From: Planctomycetota bacterium
GTDB lineage: Bacteria > Planctomycetota > UBA1135 > UBA2386
NCBI GenBank assembly: GCA_046290465.1
Contig: JBKAGP010000001.1
Coordinates: 3,232,001 to 3,296,000, forward strand
Direction of reading: 5' to 3'
Length of the DNA stretch: 64,000 nucleotides
Shown here: positions 9,673-19,805 of the stretch, in pieces
How the letters are laid out: each line of letters begins with the position of its first letter
Position numbering within the stretch: the first letter of the stretch is position 1
Notes under the pieces: generated by a model
What the model was told of the DNA's origin: nothing
Seen by the model: only the letters and a program-made list of their open reading frames with translations
The model's database searches: none
Program-made: the position numbers and the translations under genes

Positions 9673-11002
9673 CGCGCCCCCGCCGCAGGTCGTCGTGCTC
9701 GCGCATGCGCTCGGCGATGCGCTGCTCGAAGCCGCGCGACCCCGGCCGATAGAAGCGCGCGTCCTTCAACGCATCCGGCAGGCACTGCATCGCGGCGACA
9801 CCTTGCTCGGTGTCGTGCGCGTAGACGTAGCCCTTGCCGTGCCCCAGGTCGCGCGCGAGCCCGCTGACCGCGTTGCGCAGATGCGTCGGCACCGGGTGCT
9901 GGTCGCCGCCGCGAACCTGTTCCTGCGCCGCCGCGATCGCCCGGTAGACGGCATTGCTCTTCGGCGCCGCTGCCAGGTAGACCACCGCCTCGGTCAGCGG
10001 CAGCCGCCCTTCGGGCAGACCGAGGAACTGCACCGCGTGCACCGCGGCCATCGCCACCTGCAGCGCCATCGGGTCGGCCAACCCGACGTCCTCGGCAGCC
10101 ACCGCGACGACCCGTCGCGCGGCATGGATCGGATCTGCGCCCGCTTCGAGCGCGCGCGCCAGCCAGTAGACCGCCGCCTGCACATCGGAGTTGCGCAGGC
10201 TCTTGTGCAGCGCCGACAGCAGGTCGTAGTGCAGGTCTCCCGACTTGTCGTGCTGCAGCGCGCGGTGCTGGAAGGCCTCGACGATCATCTGCTCATCGAT
10301 CTCGTCGCCGTCGAGGCAGGTCGCCGCGCACGCCTCGAGGCAGACCAGCGAACGACGGGCGTCCCCGCCGGCCAGCGCGGCCAGCCGTTCGACCGCCGGG
10401 TCCGAGATCGTCAACCGCCGCACGCCGAGGCCGCGCTCCTCGTCGGCCAACGCCTTGCGCACCAGCCCGCCGATCCGCTCCGGATCGAGCGGCTGCAGCG
10501 GCACCACGCGACACCGCGACAGCAGCGCGCCGTTGATCGAGAACGACGGGTTCTCGGTCGTCGCACCGACCAGCACGATGTCGCCGCGTTCGACGTGCGG
10601 CAGGAACGCATCCTGCTGGGCCTTGTTGAAGCGGTGGATCTCGTCGACGAACAGCAGCGTTCCGCGGCCGTCACGCCGCCGCCGCTGCTGCGCCTCGGCG
10701 ACCGCCTCGCGAACCTGCGCGACGCCCGACAGCACCGCCGAGAACGGCTGGAAGTGCAGGTCCGCGTGCTTGGCGATCAGCAGCCCCAGCGTCGTCTTGC
10801 CGACCCCGGGGGGACCGAACAGCAGCAGCGAGCCGGCGACGCCCTGCTCGATCGCGGCGCGCAGCGCGCGGCCCTCACCGAGCAGTTCGTCCTGGCCGAG
10901 ATACTCGTCGAGGCTGACCGGCCGCATGCGCTCGGCCAACGGCGCGAGCGGCGACTTCTTCTGCTGCCCGCCGTCCTCGCTGAGGTCTCCGAACAGGCTC
11001 AT
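9665..11002 (-). CDS. rarA: Replication-associated recombination protein A (AAA+ ATPase)
   Basis: PLAERMRP, Walker A GPPGVGKTT, FVDEIHRFNKAQQD, ATTENPSF, SALHKSLR and EDVGLADP. Confidence 0.95.
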   Translation of the reverse strand: MSLFGDLSEDGGQQKKSPLAPLAERMRPVSLDEYLGQDELLGEGRALRAAIEQGVAGSLLLFGPPGVGKTTLGLLIAKHADLHFQPFSAVLSGVAQVREAVAEAQQRRRRDGRGTLLFVDEIHRFNKAQQDAFLPHVERGDIVLVGATTENPSFSINGALLSRCRVVPLQPLDPERIGGLVRKALADEERGLGVRRLTISDPAVERLAALAGGDARRSLVCLEACAATCLDGDEIDEQMIVEAFQHRALQHDKSGDLHYDLLSALHKSLRNSDVQAAVYWLARALEAGADPIHAARRVVAVAAEDVGLADPMALQVAMAAVHAVQFLGLPEGRLPLTEAVVYLAAAPKSNAVYRAIAAAQEQVRGGDQHPVPTHLRNAVSGLARDLGHGKGYVYAHDTEQGVAAMQCLPDALKDARFYRPGSRGFEQRIAERMREHDDLRRGRDG

Positions 11003-11796
11003 CCGTCGGTCCGCTGCCGCTGCGCCTCGAACAACAACACCCCCGCCGCGACCGCGACGTTGAGGCTCTCGACCGGCTCGCGCAGCGGGATGCGCACGTG
11101 CTCGTCGGCTGCCTCCAACCACTCCGAGGCGACGCCGTCGGCCTCGGCCCCGACCACCAGCATCACCGGACGTCGCAGGTCGACCCGGGTGTGCGGGAGA
11201 CGCCCGCCGCCGTCGGCGACGACGATCTGCAGGCGCTGCTTGCGGGCGAACGCGATCGCCTCGGCCGCGGTCATGCCGTGCCGCACCGGCAGCCGGAACA
11301 CCGAACCCATCGAGCCGCGCACGGCCTTGTCACGGAACGGATCGGCGCCACCGCGCAGCGTCAGGCAACCGGTCGCCCCCGCCGCCTCGGCCGCGCGCAG
11401 CACCGCGCCGACGTTGCCGGGATCGCGCAGCCCCGCGGCCACCACGACCAGCGGTGCCAGTTCGTCACCGAGCAGCGCCGCGTCGTCGTACTCCGGCCGC
11501 CGCAACAGGGCCGCCACGCCCTGCGGCGTGTCGAGAGCGCTGAGCCGCGCCAGCAGCGTTTCGGTGCAGTCGAGGAACGACCCGGCCCGTTCGGCCACGG
11601 CGTCGCGCAGGTCGATGTCGGAGAGCTTCGGAGACACCGCGACCTCGACGATCTCGACCCCTGCGCGAACGGCCTCCCAGACCAGCCGCACGCCCTCTGC
11701 CAGCATGATGCCGTCGGCCTTGCCGTTGGCCGCGTCGCGGAAACGCTGCACGGCCGGGTTCTTCGCCGAAGTCACGGTGCGGGGCTTGTGCGCCAT
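10999..11796 (-). CDS. TrmH/SpoU family RNA 2'-O-methyltransferase
   Basis: DPGNVGAVLRAA, VVGAEADG and ESLNVAVAAG SPOUT motifs. Confidence 0.92.
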   Translation of the reverse strand: MAHKPRTVTSAKNPAVQRFRDAANGKADGIMLAEGVRLVWEAVRAGVEIVEVAVSPKLSDIDLRDAVAERAGSFLDCTETLLARLSALDTPQGVAALLRRPEYDDAALLGDELAPLVVVAAGLRDPGNVGAVLRAAEAAGATGCLTLRGGADPFRDKAVRGSMGSVFRLPVRHGMTAAEAIAFARKQRLQIVVADGGGRLPHTRVDLRRPVMLVVGAEADGVASEWLEAADEHVRIPLREPVESLNVAVAAGVLLFEAQRQRTDG

Positions 11797-11953
11797 CTCC
11801 CCATGATGGCTGCGTCGAAGTCCCCGTGCCATCCACGAATCCGGCGTTCGGCAGCCGGAGGCATCGACGCAGACCAGCGGACCGGAGCACACCGCGGGGC
11901 AAGGCCAGCCGTTCTGCGTCGACGTCACCGCGAGGCACGGTATCGTCGTCTTC

Positions 11954-14155
11954 GTGGACATGTCCGGAAGGCTGCTGATCGTCGCCAATCGTCTCCCGCT
12001 CGCCGTCGCAGCAGGGCCGGAGGGCCCGCGCATCGAGCACAACGCCGGCGGCCTCGCGACCGGCCTGCGCGGCCCGCACGAGTCGGGTGACGGCCTGTGG
12101 TTCGGCTGGGCCGGGACCATGACCGGCATGAAGGCGGCGCAGAAGAAGCAGGCGCTGCAGATGCTGCGCGACGAGCGCTTCGTGCCGATCGAGCTGAGCC
12201 GTCAGGAGGTCGAGGGCTACTACAACCAGTTCAGCAACGGCGTGCTGTGGCCGACCTTCCACTACCTCGTCGACCGCTTTCCCAATGAGGCGCCCGACTG
12301 GGAGACCTACCGGGCCATCAACGAGCGCTTCGCCGACGAGGTCGCCAGGGAATGGCGTCCCGGCGACCGCATCTGGGTGCACGACTTCCACCTGATGCTG
12401 CTACCGCAGCTGCTGCGCGAACGGCTGCCCGACGCGCGCATCGGGTTCTTCCTGCACATCCCGTTTCCGTCGTCGGAGGTCTTCCGGGTGCTGCCGTGGC
12501 GCGAACAGCTGCTGCGCGGCCTGCTCGGCGCCGACCTGATCGGCTTCCACACCCTCGGCTACCTGCGCCACTTCGCATCGTCGCTGCTGCGCGTGCTCGG
12601 CCTCGAGGTGGGCATCGACCGCGTCGACCTCGGCGATCGATCGGCGCGCCTGGTCGCGATGCCGATGGGCATCGACGTCGAGATGTTCGACGGCCTCGCC
12701 GACGAACCGGCCATCCGCGAGGCCGCCGAGTCGATGCGCACGCAGGCCAACGGCGCCAAGATCGTGCTCGGGGTCGACCGACTCGACTACACCAAGGGTC
12801 TGCCACGCCGCCTGCTGGCGTTCGAGCGACTGCTCGACATGCGCGGCCCGGATGCCCCGCGCGTGCAGCTGGTGCAGGTCGCGGTGACGTCGCGCAACAA
12901 CGTCAACGAATACAAGAAGCACAAGCGCGCCGTCGACGAACTCGTCGGCCGCATCAACGGCCGCTTCGCCACGCCCGACTTCACGCCGATCCGCTACATC
13001 AACAGTGGCCAGGACGCGCGCGAGGTCACGGCGCTCTACCAGGCGGCCGACGTCATGCTGGTGACCCCCCTGCGCGACGGCCTCAACCTGGTCGCCAAGG
13101 AGTTCGTGGCGTCGCGCAAGGACGACGACGGCGTGCTGGTGCTCAGCGAGTTCGCCGGCGTCGCCGCCGAGCTGCCCGAGGCGCTGAAGATGAACCCGTT
13201 CGACCTGCAGGGCACGGCCGAGGTCATCGCGGCGGCGCTGGCGCTGCCGCGCGAGGAGCGGCAGCGCCGCATGCAGGGCATGCGCGAGGCGGTCCAGCAC
13301 GGCGACGTGCACGCCTGGGTGCGCACGTTCCTGGACGAACTCGGGGACGCGAACGCCGACCAGCACGCACAGCCGGCCGACAAGGAGGAGCTGACGCAGG
13401 CGTTCGCCGAAGCCTCGGAGCGCGGGCCGATGCGGCTGTTCCTCGACTACGACGGCACGCTGGTGGACTTCCAGCCGCGCCCGGAGATGGCCGTGCCCGA
13501 TGCCCAGCTGCTGGAGACGATCCGGCAGCTGGCGAGCAGCGACGACTTCGACGTGCACGTCGTCAGCGGCCGACCGCGCGACTTCCTCGAACAACACTTC
13601 GGCCTGCTGCCGGTCGGCCTGCACGGCGAACACGGACTGGTCTCACGCATGGCCGGCAGGACCAACTGGGTGACCGCGCCGACGGGTCCCGGGCTGTGGC
13701 AGCCGCGCGTGCTCAACGTGCTGCGGCGGTTCGCTGCGCGCGTCCCCGGTTCGATCGTCGAGACCAAGGCGCAGTCGATCGCGTTCCACTATCGCCAGGT
13801 CGATCCGGAGTACGCGGCTTCGGTCGTCAAGGAGATCCGCGTGCACCTGACCGAGATGCTGAGCCAGTTCGGCGCGACGGTCATCTCAGGCAACAAGGTG
13901 CTCGAGGTGCGGCCGATGGGCATCAACAAGGGCAACGTGATCTCTCGCATCCAGGCCGAGGACGACGAGGCGACCACCGCGATGATCTTCGGCGACGACC
14001 GCACCGACGAGGACATGTTCGACGCCGCACCGAGAGGCGCGCTGACGGTCAAGATCGGCGGCGGCCGCACCGGTGCGCGCTTCCGGCTGGCTGACTGCCG
14101 CGAGACCCGCGCGTTCTTGCAGACGATGCTGACCCGCAGCAAGGCGCACGGCTGA
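11954..14155 (+). CDS. Bifunctional trehalose-6-phosphate synthase/phosphatase (OtsA-OtsB fusion)
   Basis: GT20 motifs (ANRLP, GGLATGL, WVHDFHL, FFLHIPFP, GVDRLDYTKG, DGLNLVAKE) plus HAD motifs (FLDYDGTL, GDDRTDEDMF). Start is GTG 11954 or ATG 11960. Confidence 0.95.
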   Translation: MDMSGRLLIVANRLPLAVAAGPEGPRIEHNAGGLATGLRGPHESGDGLWFGWAGTMTGMKAAQKKQALQMLRDERFVPIELSRQEVEGYYNQFSNGVLWPTFHYLVDRFPNEAPDWETYRAINERFADEVAREWRPGDRIWVHDFHLMLLPQLLRERLPDARIGFFLHIPFPSSEVFRVLPWREQLLRGLLGADLIGFHTLGYLRHFASSLLRVLGLEVGIDRVDLGDRSARLVAMPMGIDVEMFDGLADEPAIREAAESMRTQANGAKIVLGVDRLDYTKGLPRRLLAFERLLDMRGPDAPRVQLVQVAVTSRNNVNEYKKHKRAVDELVGRINGRFATPDFTPIRYINSGQDAREVTALYQAADVMLVTPLRDGLNLVAKEFVASRKDDDGVLVLSEFAGVAAELPEALKMNPFDLQGTAEVIAAALALPREERQRRMQGMREAVQHGDVHAWVRTFLDELGDANADQHAQPADKEELTQAFAEASERGPMRLFLDYDGTLVDFQPRPEMAVPDAQLLETIRQLASSDDFDVHVVSGRPRDFLEQHFGLLPVGLHGEHGLVSRMAGRTNWVTAPTGPGLWQPRVLNVLRRFAARVPGSIVETKAQSIAFHYRQVDPEYAASVVKEIRVHLTEMLSQFGATVISGNKVLEVRPMGINKGNVISRIQAEDDEATTAMIFGDDRTDEDMFDAAPRGALTVKIGGGRTGARFRLADCRETRAFLQTMLTRSKAHG

Positions 14156-14180
14156 CCCGCGTCGGGGCTAGCATGCGGAC

Positions 14181-14780
14181 ATGAAGTTCTGCAGCGACTG
14201 CGGCGGCGCCCTGGTCGACCGGGTGCCGCCCGGCGACGACCGCACGCGCCGATGGTGCGACGCCTGCGAGAAGGCGCACTACCAGAACCCGCTGGTCGTC
14301 GTCGGCTGCCTGGTCGCACGCGGCGACGAGATCCTGCTGTGCCGCCGCGCGATCGAGCCGGCGCACGGCAAGTGGACGGTGCCGGCCGGCTTCCTCGAAC
14401 TCGGCGAGACGCTGGCCGCGGGCGCGGCGCGCGAGACCTTCGAAGAGGCCGGCGCACGCGTCGAGATCGTCGCGCCGCACAGCCTGCTCGACCTGACCCA
14501 CATCGGCCAGCACTACGCGATGTTCCGTGCGCGGCTGACGTCGCCCGAGATCGAGGCCGGCGTCGAGAGCCTCGAGTGCGCCTTCTTCCCGCTCGACGAC
14601 CTGCCGTGGCGCGAACTGGCGTTCCCCGCGGTGCACTTCGCGCTGCGCCTGCTCCTCGACGACCGCGCGGCTGCGACCACGCATGTGCACCACGGCCAGC
14701 TGCACTGGACCGGCGAAGGCTCGCGCTTCGACGCGGCCAACTACGTAATCGAGGAACACCTACGCACACCTTTGGCGTAG
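14181..14780 (+). CDS. NUDIX hydrolase with N-terminal zinc ribbon
   Basis: MKFCSDCG...CDAC and Nudix box GFLELGETLAAGAARETFEEAG. Confidence 0.92.
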   Translation: MKFCSDCGGALVDRVPPGDDRTRRWCDACEKAHYQNPLVVVGCLVARGDEILLCRRAIEPAHGKWTVPAGFLELGETLAAGAARETFEEAGARVEIVAPHSLLDLTHIGQHYAMFRARLTSPEIEAGVESLECAFFPLDDLPWRELAFPAVHFALRLLLDDRAAATTHVHHGQLHWTGEGSRFDAANYVIEEHLRTPLA

Positions 14781-15002
14781 ACGCCGCGCCACCTACGCCC
14801 CACGCCCCAGCGCCGGCACACGGCGTACCGAAGATGCGCGCCCTGCTTCCGTAAAGCGGCCGGCAGGTTGCACTTTTGAAGCATGCGAACGGATTGCCGG
14901 GAGGCACCGCTCACCTAGGATCCGGTCGCGACGAACGTCGCGACCAAGCCCCTACGCGCGAGGAGAGATTCGCGCGTCCCCTTCTCCCAGAGGAACCGTT
15001 CC

Positions 15003-18000
15003 ATGCGTCTGTACGCGTCCCTGCTCTGCGCCGCGCTTGCCCTCACGGGCATCGCCCGCGCCCAGTCCACCCCTCCGTCCACGCTGCCGTTCCAGGCCCG
15101 GCTCACGCTGCAGTCGGGCGGCGTCGACGTGAACGCCTTCCTGCCGATCTCGTTCCGCGTCTACACGCAAGCGGTCGGCGGCTCGCCGCTCTGGGTCGAG
15201 ACGCACCCGCTGGTCGAGGTGAAGAACGGTCTGTTCAAGGTCGAGCTCGGCAGCCTCGTCGGCTTCCCCGCACAGCTGTTCGAGAACGGAGACCTCTACC
15301 TCGGCATCCAGGTCGCGACCGACAACGAGATGGCGCCGCGCACGCGGATCTCGTCGCAGGCCTTTGCCCAGGTCGCGAAGAACGCCATCGACGTCAAGAA
15401 CCAGGACATCAACCCCAACAGCGTGACGGTCAACGGCGTGCCGGTCATCGACGCCGGCGGCAACTGGGTCGGCCCGAACAGCGGCCTCGTCGGCCCCCAG
15501 GGCCCGGTCGGCCCGCAGGGCCCCACCGGTCCGCAGGGTCCGCAGGGCGCGCAGGGTGACGCCGGCCTGCAGGGCGCGACCGGCCCGCAGGGACCGCAAG
15601 GGGATCAGGGCATCCAGGGCCCAATCGGCCCCATCGGTCCGCAGGGTCCGCAGGGCGACCCGGGCATCCAGGGCGCCGTCGGCCCGCAGGGCGATCCCGG
15701 CATTCAGGGCCCCATCGGCCCGATCGGTCCCATCGGTCCGCAGGGCCCGCAGGGCGATCCCGGCGCCGCCGCGGCGCGCTACCTCGTCGCTCCGACGCTG
15801 ACCGACGGCGCGACCCACACCAGCATCCAGGCCGCCATCGACCAGGCCGTGCTCGACGGCTTCGGCACCGGTAACCAGACCAGCATCCAGGTCCGTCCCG
15901 GCTCCTACACCGAGGACGTCACGCTCGTCTCCGGCATCCACGTCTCCGCCGTCGTCGGCGCCAAGTCGTTCGCGACGCGCATCGCCGGCCAGGTCACGCA
16001 CACCAGCGGCGTCGTCTCGATGCAGGGCATCGACATCGACGCGCCCAGCGGCGACGCGCTGACGCTGTCCGGCGCCACCGCCCCGACGCAGCTCTACCTC
16101 AGCAACTGCGTCGTCTACGCGCGCGGCAACGACAACGCCCTCGAGCTGTCGCTCCCCGTCGCCAGCTCGTCCGGCCTGATCTTCGACAACGTCAACTTCC
16201 GCATCGTCGGCGGCGGCGCCGGCATCGCCGTCAACCTGCTCAGCGGCACGCTGCAGGGACGCAGCGGCACCTTCTGGCCCACCGCCCCGACCACCCCGTC
16301 GATCGCCATCAGCGGCACCGGCGCCAACCGCGGCCGCGCCTGGCTCAACAGCTGCGACATCTTCGGCAAGATCACGGTCATCGACGAAGGCGAGTGCTCC
16401 GTCTCCGGCGGCCAGATCCGATCCGGCCTCGGCTTCTGCGTCGAGGATTCGTCGGCCGGCACGATCGGCCTCTACGACGCCTTCCTGCAGCCCGACCTCG
16501 CCTACGCCGGCGAACTCGTCGTCACCGACGGCGACCTCGCCTACGGCCGCCTGACCTACAGCAGCCCGCTGCAGACCATGCCCGCCGCCGCGTTCCTGCT
16601 GCCCGGCTCGGGCCCCACGGGGCCGCAGGGTCCGCAAGGCGTCGCCGGTCCGCAGGGCCCGCAGGGCGATCCCGGCGTCGCCGGAGCGCAAGGCCCGCAG
16701 GGTGACGTCGGCCCGCAAGGTCCCGTCGGCGCGACCGGCCCGCAGGGCCCGCAGGGGGACGCCGGCCCGATCGGCCCGGTGGGCGCGACCGGCCCGCAGG
16801 GCGACCCCGGCCCGCAAGGCCCGGCCGGTCCGCAGGGCCCCGCCGGCGCCGACGGCGCCGCCAGCGCGCGCTACGTCGTCGGCATGGCGTCCGGCTTCGG
16901 CGTCACGCACACCAGCATCCAGGCCGCCATCGACCAGGCCGTTCTCGACGGCTTCGGCGGCAGCAGCCGCACCGCGATCCTGGTTCGTCCCGGTAGCTAC
17001 ACCGGCAACGTCAACCTCGTCGGCGGCATCAACCTGACCGCGCTCGTGCCGGGCAAGTCGTTCGCGACGCAGATCCTCGGCAACGTGACGCACACCGCCG
17101 GCGTGACCTCGATGATCGGCATCGACATCAACGCGACAGCCGGCGGCGACGCCCTGACCGTCAGCGGCGAGAACGCGTCGACGCAGCTCTACCTGAGCGA
17201 CTGCGTCGTCTACGGCTACGGCGTCGACAACGCGGTCGAACTCGACGTCACGACGGCGGGCAGCTCGGGCGTGTTGTTCGACAACGTCAACTTCCGCATC
17301 GTCGGCGGCGGCGCCGGCGTCGCGGCCAACATCGTGCGCGGCACGATCCAGGGCCGCAGCGGCACGTTCTGGCCGACGGCGCAGACCACCGCGGCGATCG
17401 CGATCACCGGCGACGGCTCGGCCAACGGCAAGGGCCGCGCCTGGCTGCGCGACCCGGACGTGTTCGGCAAGGTCACGCTCACCGGCAACGGCGAGCTGCA
17501 GGTCGGCAACGGCCAGATCCGCAGCGGCGCCGGCGTCGCGATCGAAGACGCGTCAACCGGCCCGATCTCGATCGGTAACTGCTCGATCCAGTCGACGCTG
17601 CCGAGCGGCGACGTGTTCACGACCGACGGCGACCTGTTCTACACGGGCCTGACGTTCTTGAGCCCGTTCCAGACGGTGCCGGCTGCTGCGATGCAGGCGC
17701 CGGGGACGAGCGTGATGAGTGTCGAGGTGTTCAGCGGGCAGCTGAGCAATGACATCGAGTTCACCAGCAGTTCGAGCAACACATACATCAACGCCAAGTA
17801 CGACACCGTGCTGCAGAACACTGCGCCGACGGCGGTCTTCGACAAGCAGGCGGATGGAAGCTTCATTATCCGACGCGCTGGCGTGCTCACGATTTCACCC
17901 ACGGTGTTTGCTCAGGGTAGCTCGTTCCTTTCGGTCTTCATCAAGGTCAACGGGGTGACGGTCAGCCAACTTCTCGACTATGGAAACTCAGCGCCAAGCA

Positions 18001-18134
18001 CGCCTGCTGGAACACACCACGTGAAGGTAGACGCGAACGACGTCGTGGAAATCCAGATGTCTCCGAGCCTGATCACCAACATCATCGTTGGCGGCTACAA
18101 CCAGCTCTCCATGAAGTGGACGGGAATCAAGTAA
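15003..18134 (+). CDS. Secreted collagen-like fibre/adhesin protein with two Gly-X-Y tracts and duplicated globular domains
   Basis: Signal peptide; 32 and 28 consecutive GXY triplets; duplicated domains starting [18 protein letters not shown]; beta-rich C-terminal domain. Confidence 0.85.
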   Translation: MRLYASLLCAALALTGIARAQSTPPSTLPFQARLTLQSGGVDVNAFLPISFRVYTQAVGGSPLWVETHPLVEVKNGLFKVELGSLVGFPAQLFENGDLYLGIQVATDNEMAPRTRISSQAFAQVAKNAIDVKNQDINPNSVTVNGVPVIDAGGNWVGPNSGLVGPQGPVGPQGPTGPQGPQGAQGDAGLQGATGPQGPQGDQGIQGPIGPIGPQGPQGDPGIQGAVGPQGDPGIQGPIGPIGPIGPQGPQGDPGAAAARYLVAPTLTDGATHTSIQAAIDQAVLDGFGTGNQTSIQVRPGSYTEDVTLVSGIHVSAVVGAKSFATRIAGQVTHTSGVVSMQGIDIDAPSGDALTLSGATAPTQLYLSNCVVYARGNDNALELSLPVASSSGLIFDNVNFRIVGGGAGIAVNLLSGTLQGRSGTFWPTAPTTPSIAISGTGANRGRAWLNSCDIFGKITVIDEGECSVSGGQIRSGLGFCVEDSSAGTIGLYDAFLQPDLAYAGELVVTDGDLAYGRLTYSSPLQTMPAAAFLLPGSGPTGPQGPQGVAGPQGPQGDPGVAGAQGPQGDVGPQGPVGATGPQGPQGDAGPIGPVGATGPQGDPGPQGPAGPQGPAGADGAASARYVVGMASGFGVTHTSIQAAIDQAVLDGFGGSSRTAILVRPGSYTGNVNLVGGINLTALVPGKSFATQILGNVTHTAGVTSMIGIDINATAGGDALTVSGENASTQLYLSDCVVYGYGVDNAVELDVTTAGSSGVLFDNVNFRIVGGGAGVAANIVRGTIQGRSGTFWPTAQTTAAIAITGDGSANGKGRAWLRDPDVFGKVTLTGNGELQVGNGQIRSGAGVAIEDASTGPISIGNCSIQSTLPSGDVFTTDGDLFYTGLTFLSPFQTVPAAAMQAPGTSVMSVEVFSGQLSNDIEFTSSSSNTYINAKYDTVLQNTAPTAVFDKQADGSFIIRRAGVLTISPTVFAQGSSFLSVFIKVNGVTVSQLLDYGNSAPSTPAGTHHVKVDANDVVEIQMSPSLITNIIVGGYNQLSMKWTGIK
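15483..15770 (+). repeat. Collagen-like 9-bp repeat tract 1 (32 GXY triplets)
   Basis: GPQ/GPI/GDP/GIQ triplets counted from the translation. Confidence 0.9.
16611..16862 (+). repeat. Collagen-like 9-bp repeat tract 2 (28 GXY triplets)
   Basis: [12 protein letters not shown] triplets counted from the translation. Confidence 0.9.
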
Positions 18135-18979
18135 TGCACCCTCTCCCCACCATCGCGACGCTGGCGGCGCTGCTCCTCGCAGCCCCCACCCTCACCGCCC
18201 AACACAAGGAACCCGGCCAGTCCAGCAGCCAGACCTACTACATGGTCAGCACCGAGTTCGGCAGCGCAGAGGCCGCGACGTCCCTGCTCTACCAGCTCCA
18301 GGGCAGCCAGGGCAGCGGCGTGGTCAACGAGCCGCACGCGGTCTCGCAGACCTACCAGATGCGCGGCGCGTTCTACGGCGCGAGCACCGCGCCGGTGCTC
18401 GGCCAGCCGCGGCTGACCGCCGCGCGGCCGTTCTTCGTGCGGCGCATCAACAACGGGCAGCTGTCGCTGACCGGCACTGAGCTGTGGCTCGGCCCGACGC
18501 CGACGATCACCGTCGGCGGCCAGAACGCGACGGTCATCACCCGCACGGTCGACGAGATCGTCGTGTCGCTACCCGATCAGCCGGAGCCCGGCTTCCAGCC
18601 GGTGACGTTCAGCAACCCGGTCGGCACGACGACGCTCGAAGAAGGCGTCGGGGTGCTGCCCATGCTGCAGCGCCGCGAGCCGCTCAACGGCGTCGACCCG
18701 AACTACCTCCGGATCGACACGCTGCCGAACAACGTCGTGCTGCTGGCGCTCGCGACCGACCTCGGCCCGGGCATCCAGACGCTGAACTTCGGCTTCCAAC
18801 TGCTGCTGGACCCGAGCTCGGTGTTCTTCACCAACGCCTACTTCGTCGCCGACCCGGACGGCCGCACGATCATCCCGCTGCCGCCGTTCCCGCCGGGGAT
18901 GCTGCACGCGCAGGTGCTCGACGTCACCGCCGACCCGGACGACTTCCCGGGCTCGTGGACCAACGTGGTCTCGCTGTGA
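18134..18979 (+). CDS. Secreted protein with an IPT/TIG-like domain, coupled to the collagen-like gene
   Basis: TAATG stop/start overlap, signal peptide and the Ig-like pattern LSLTGTEL..PTITVGGQNATV..EIVVSLP..VTFSNPVG. Confidence 0.7.
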   Translation: MHPLPTIATLAALLLAAPTLTAQHKEPGQSSSQTYYMVSTEFGSAEAATSLLYQLQGSQGSGVVNEPHAVSQTYQMRGAFYGASTAPVLGQPRLTAARPFFVRRINNGQLSLTGTELWLGPTPTITVGGQNATVITRTVDEIVVSLPDQPEPGFQPVTFSNPVGTTTLEEGVGVLPMLQRREPLNGVDPNYLRIDTLPNNVVLLALATDLGPGIQTLNFGFQLLLDPSSVFFTNAYFVADPDGRTIIPLPPFPPGMLHAQVLDVTADPDDFPGSWTNVVSL

Positions 18980-18982
18980 TCC

Positions 18983-19008
18983 CTGGCGCCGGCTGCCGCC
19001 GGCGCCAG
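18983..19008 (+). terminator. Perfect 11-bp hairpin after the collagen/IPT operon
   Basis: CTGGCGCCGGC-tgcc-GCCGGCGCCAG lies 4 nt after the stop. There is no U-tract. Confidence 0.5.
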
Positions 19009-19028
19009 ATCCGGCTAGCATGCTCAGC

Positions 19029-19331
19029 ATGAAGCCACCGTCGATGCTGGGGTCCGCCGCCCTCACGATGCTGTTCGCCTCCTGCGGCTCCTCTCCGGCG
19101 GACGATGTCAACGCTACCGCCAGCGTGCAGCTGGTGCTCAACAAGGTCCCCGATTGAGCCAGCTGTTGCGCCACCGTGCGTGGCGTCATCAAGAAGCTCC
19201 CCGGAACGGGCAAAGTCGACGTGCAGCCGGACAATGCCGAGATCACCGTCGCCTACGACCCGGACAAGATCACGGTCGACCAGCTGCTCGAAGGCATGCT
19301 GATGGGCGGCCAGCCGGCGAAGCGCCGCTAG
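19029..19331 (+). CDS. Candidate selenoprotein: HMA (CopZ/MerP-like) lipoprotein with a UxxC motif (in-frame TGA at 19155-19157)
   Basis: Manual translation: MKPPSMLGSAALTMLFASCGSSPADDVNATASVQLVLNKVPD-U-ASCCATVRGVIKKLPGTGKVDVQPDNAEITVAYDPDKITVDQLLEGMLMGGQPAKRR. It has a lipobox (FASC). The HMA pattern continues in frame past the TGA, which occupies the first Cys position of CxxC. Confidence 0.8.
19158..19198 (+). promoter_or_regulatory. Putative bacterial SECIS element
   Basis: Stem GCGCCAC (19168-74)/GTGGCGT (19180-86) closes loop CGUGC with G at loop position 2; 17 nt separate UGA from the loop. Possible lower pairing AGCT (19161-64)/AGCT (19195-98). Confidence 0.6.
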
Positions 19332-19801
19332 CCGCGCGCTTCGTGCTGCCGGCGGTGCAGGTAGCTCTGCAGGTCGCGCAGGTGTCGGCCCCAGTGGTAG
19401 TGGAACAGTTCCCCGGCGCAGCGCTCACCGTCGCCGGCGGCGCCGTGTTCGCGGTACCAGCGCGCGTCGAGCAGGTCCGACGTGATGTCGAGCAGGTCGT
19501 CGACAGCGTCGCCGAGCGTCACGGCACCGTCGTCGCCACCGTCGTCGGGCTCGGCCGGCACCACCACCCGGTAGAAGCCGAAGTCGGGGAAGCGCGCGCA
19601 CAAGGCCTCGCGGCGCGCGCCGGCATCGCGACCGGGCGGATCGTCGTCGCTGGCCGGCAGCTCGCCGCCCCACGGCGGCAGCGTCACAGCCAGCTCGTCC
19701 AGCAGCCGGACGAGCTGCGGCAGTTCTTCGGGGATCAGCGGCGTCGACGCCTCGACGAACGCGAGCCACGCGTCGACGACCTGCCAGAAGCCGCGCGCCA
19801 T
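19328..19801 (-). CDS. Hypothetical protein, DUF5063-like
   Basis: Family-like pattern RFPDFGFY...TLGDAVDDLLDITSDL...HWGRHL, recalled from memory. Confidence 0.55.
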   Translation of the reverse strand: MARGFWQVVDAWLAFVEASTPLIPEELPQLVRLLDELAVTLPPWGGELPASDDDPPGRDAGARREALCARFPDFGFYRVVVPAEPDDGGDDGAVTLGDAVDDLLDITSDLLDARWYREHGAAGDGERCAGELFHYHWGRHLRDLQSYLHRRQHEARG

Positions 19802-19805
19802 CGCG

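Noticed and set aside
15483..16862. DNA repeats as CRISPR or mobile element
   Set aside because: They are fully explained by Gly-X-Y coding and an internal domain duplication.
15003..18134. Prophage tail-fibre gene
   Set aside because: It has a Sec-pathway signal peptide and there are no phage structural, integrase or lysis genes nearby.
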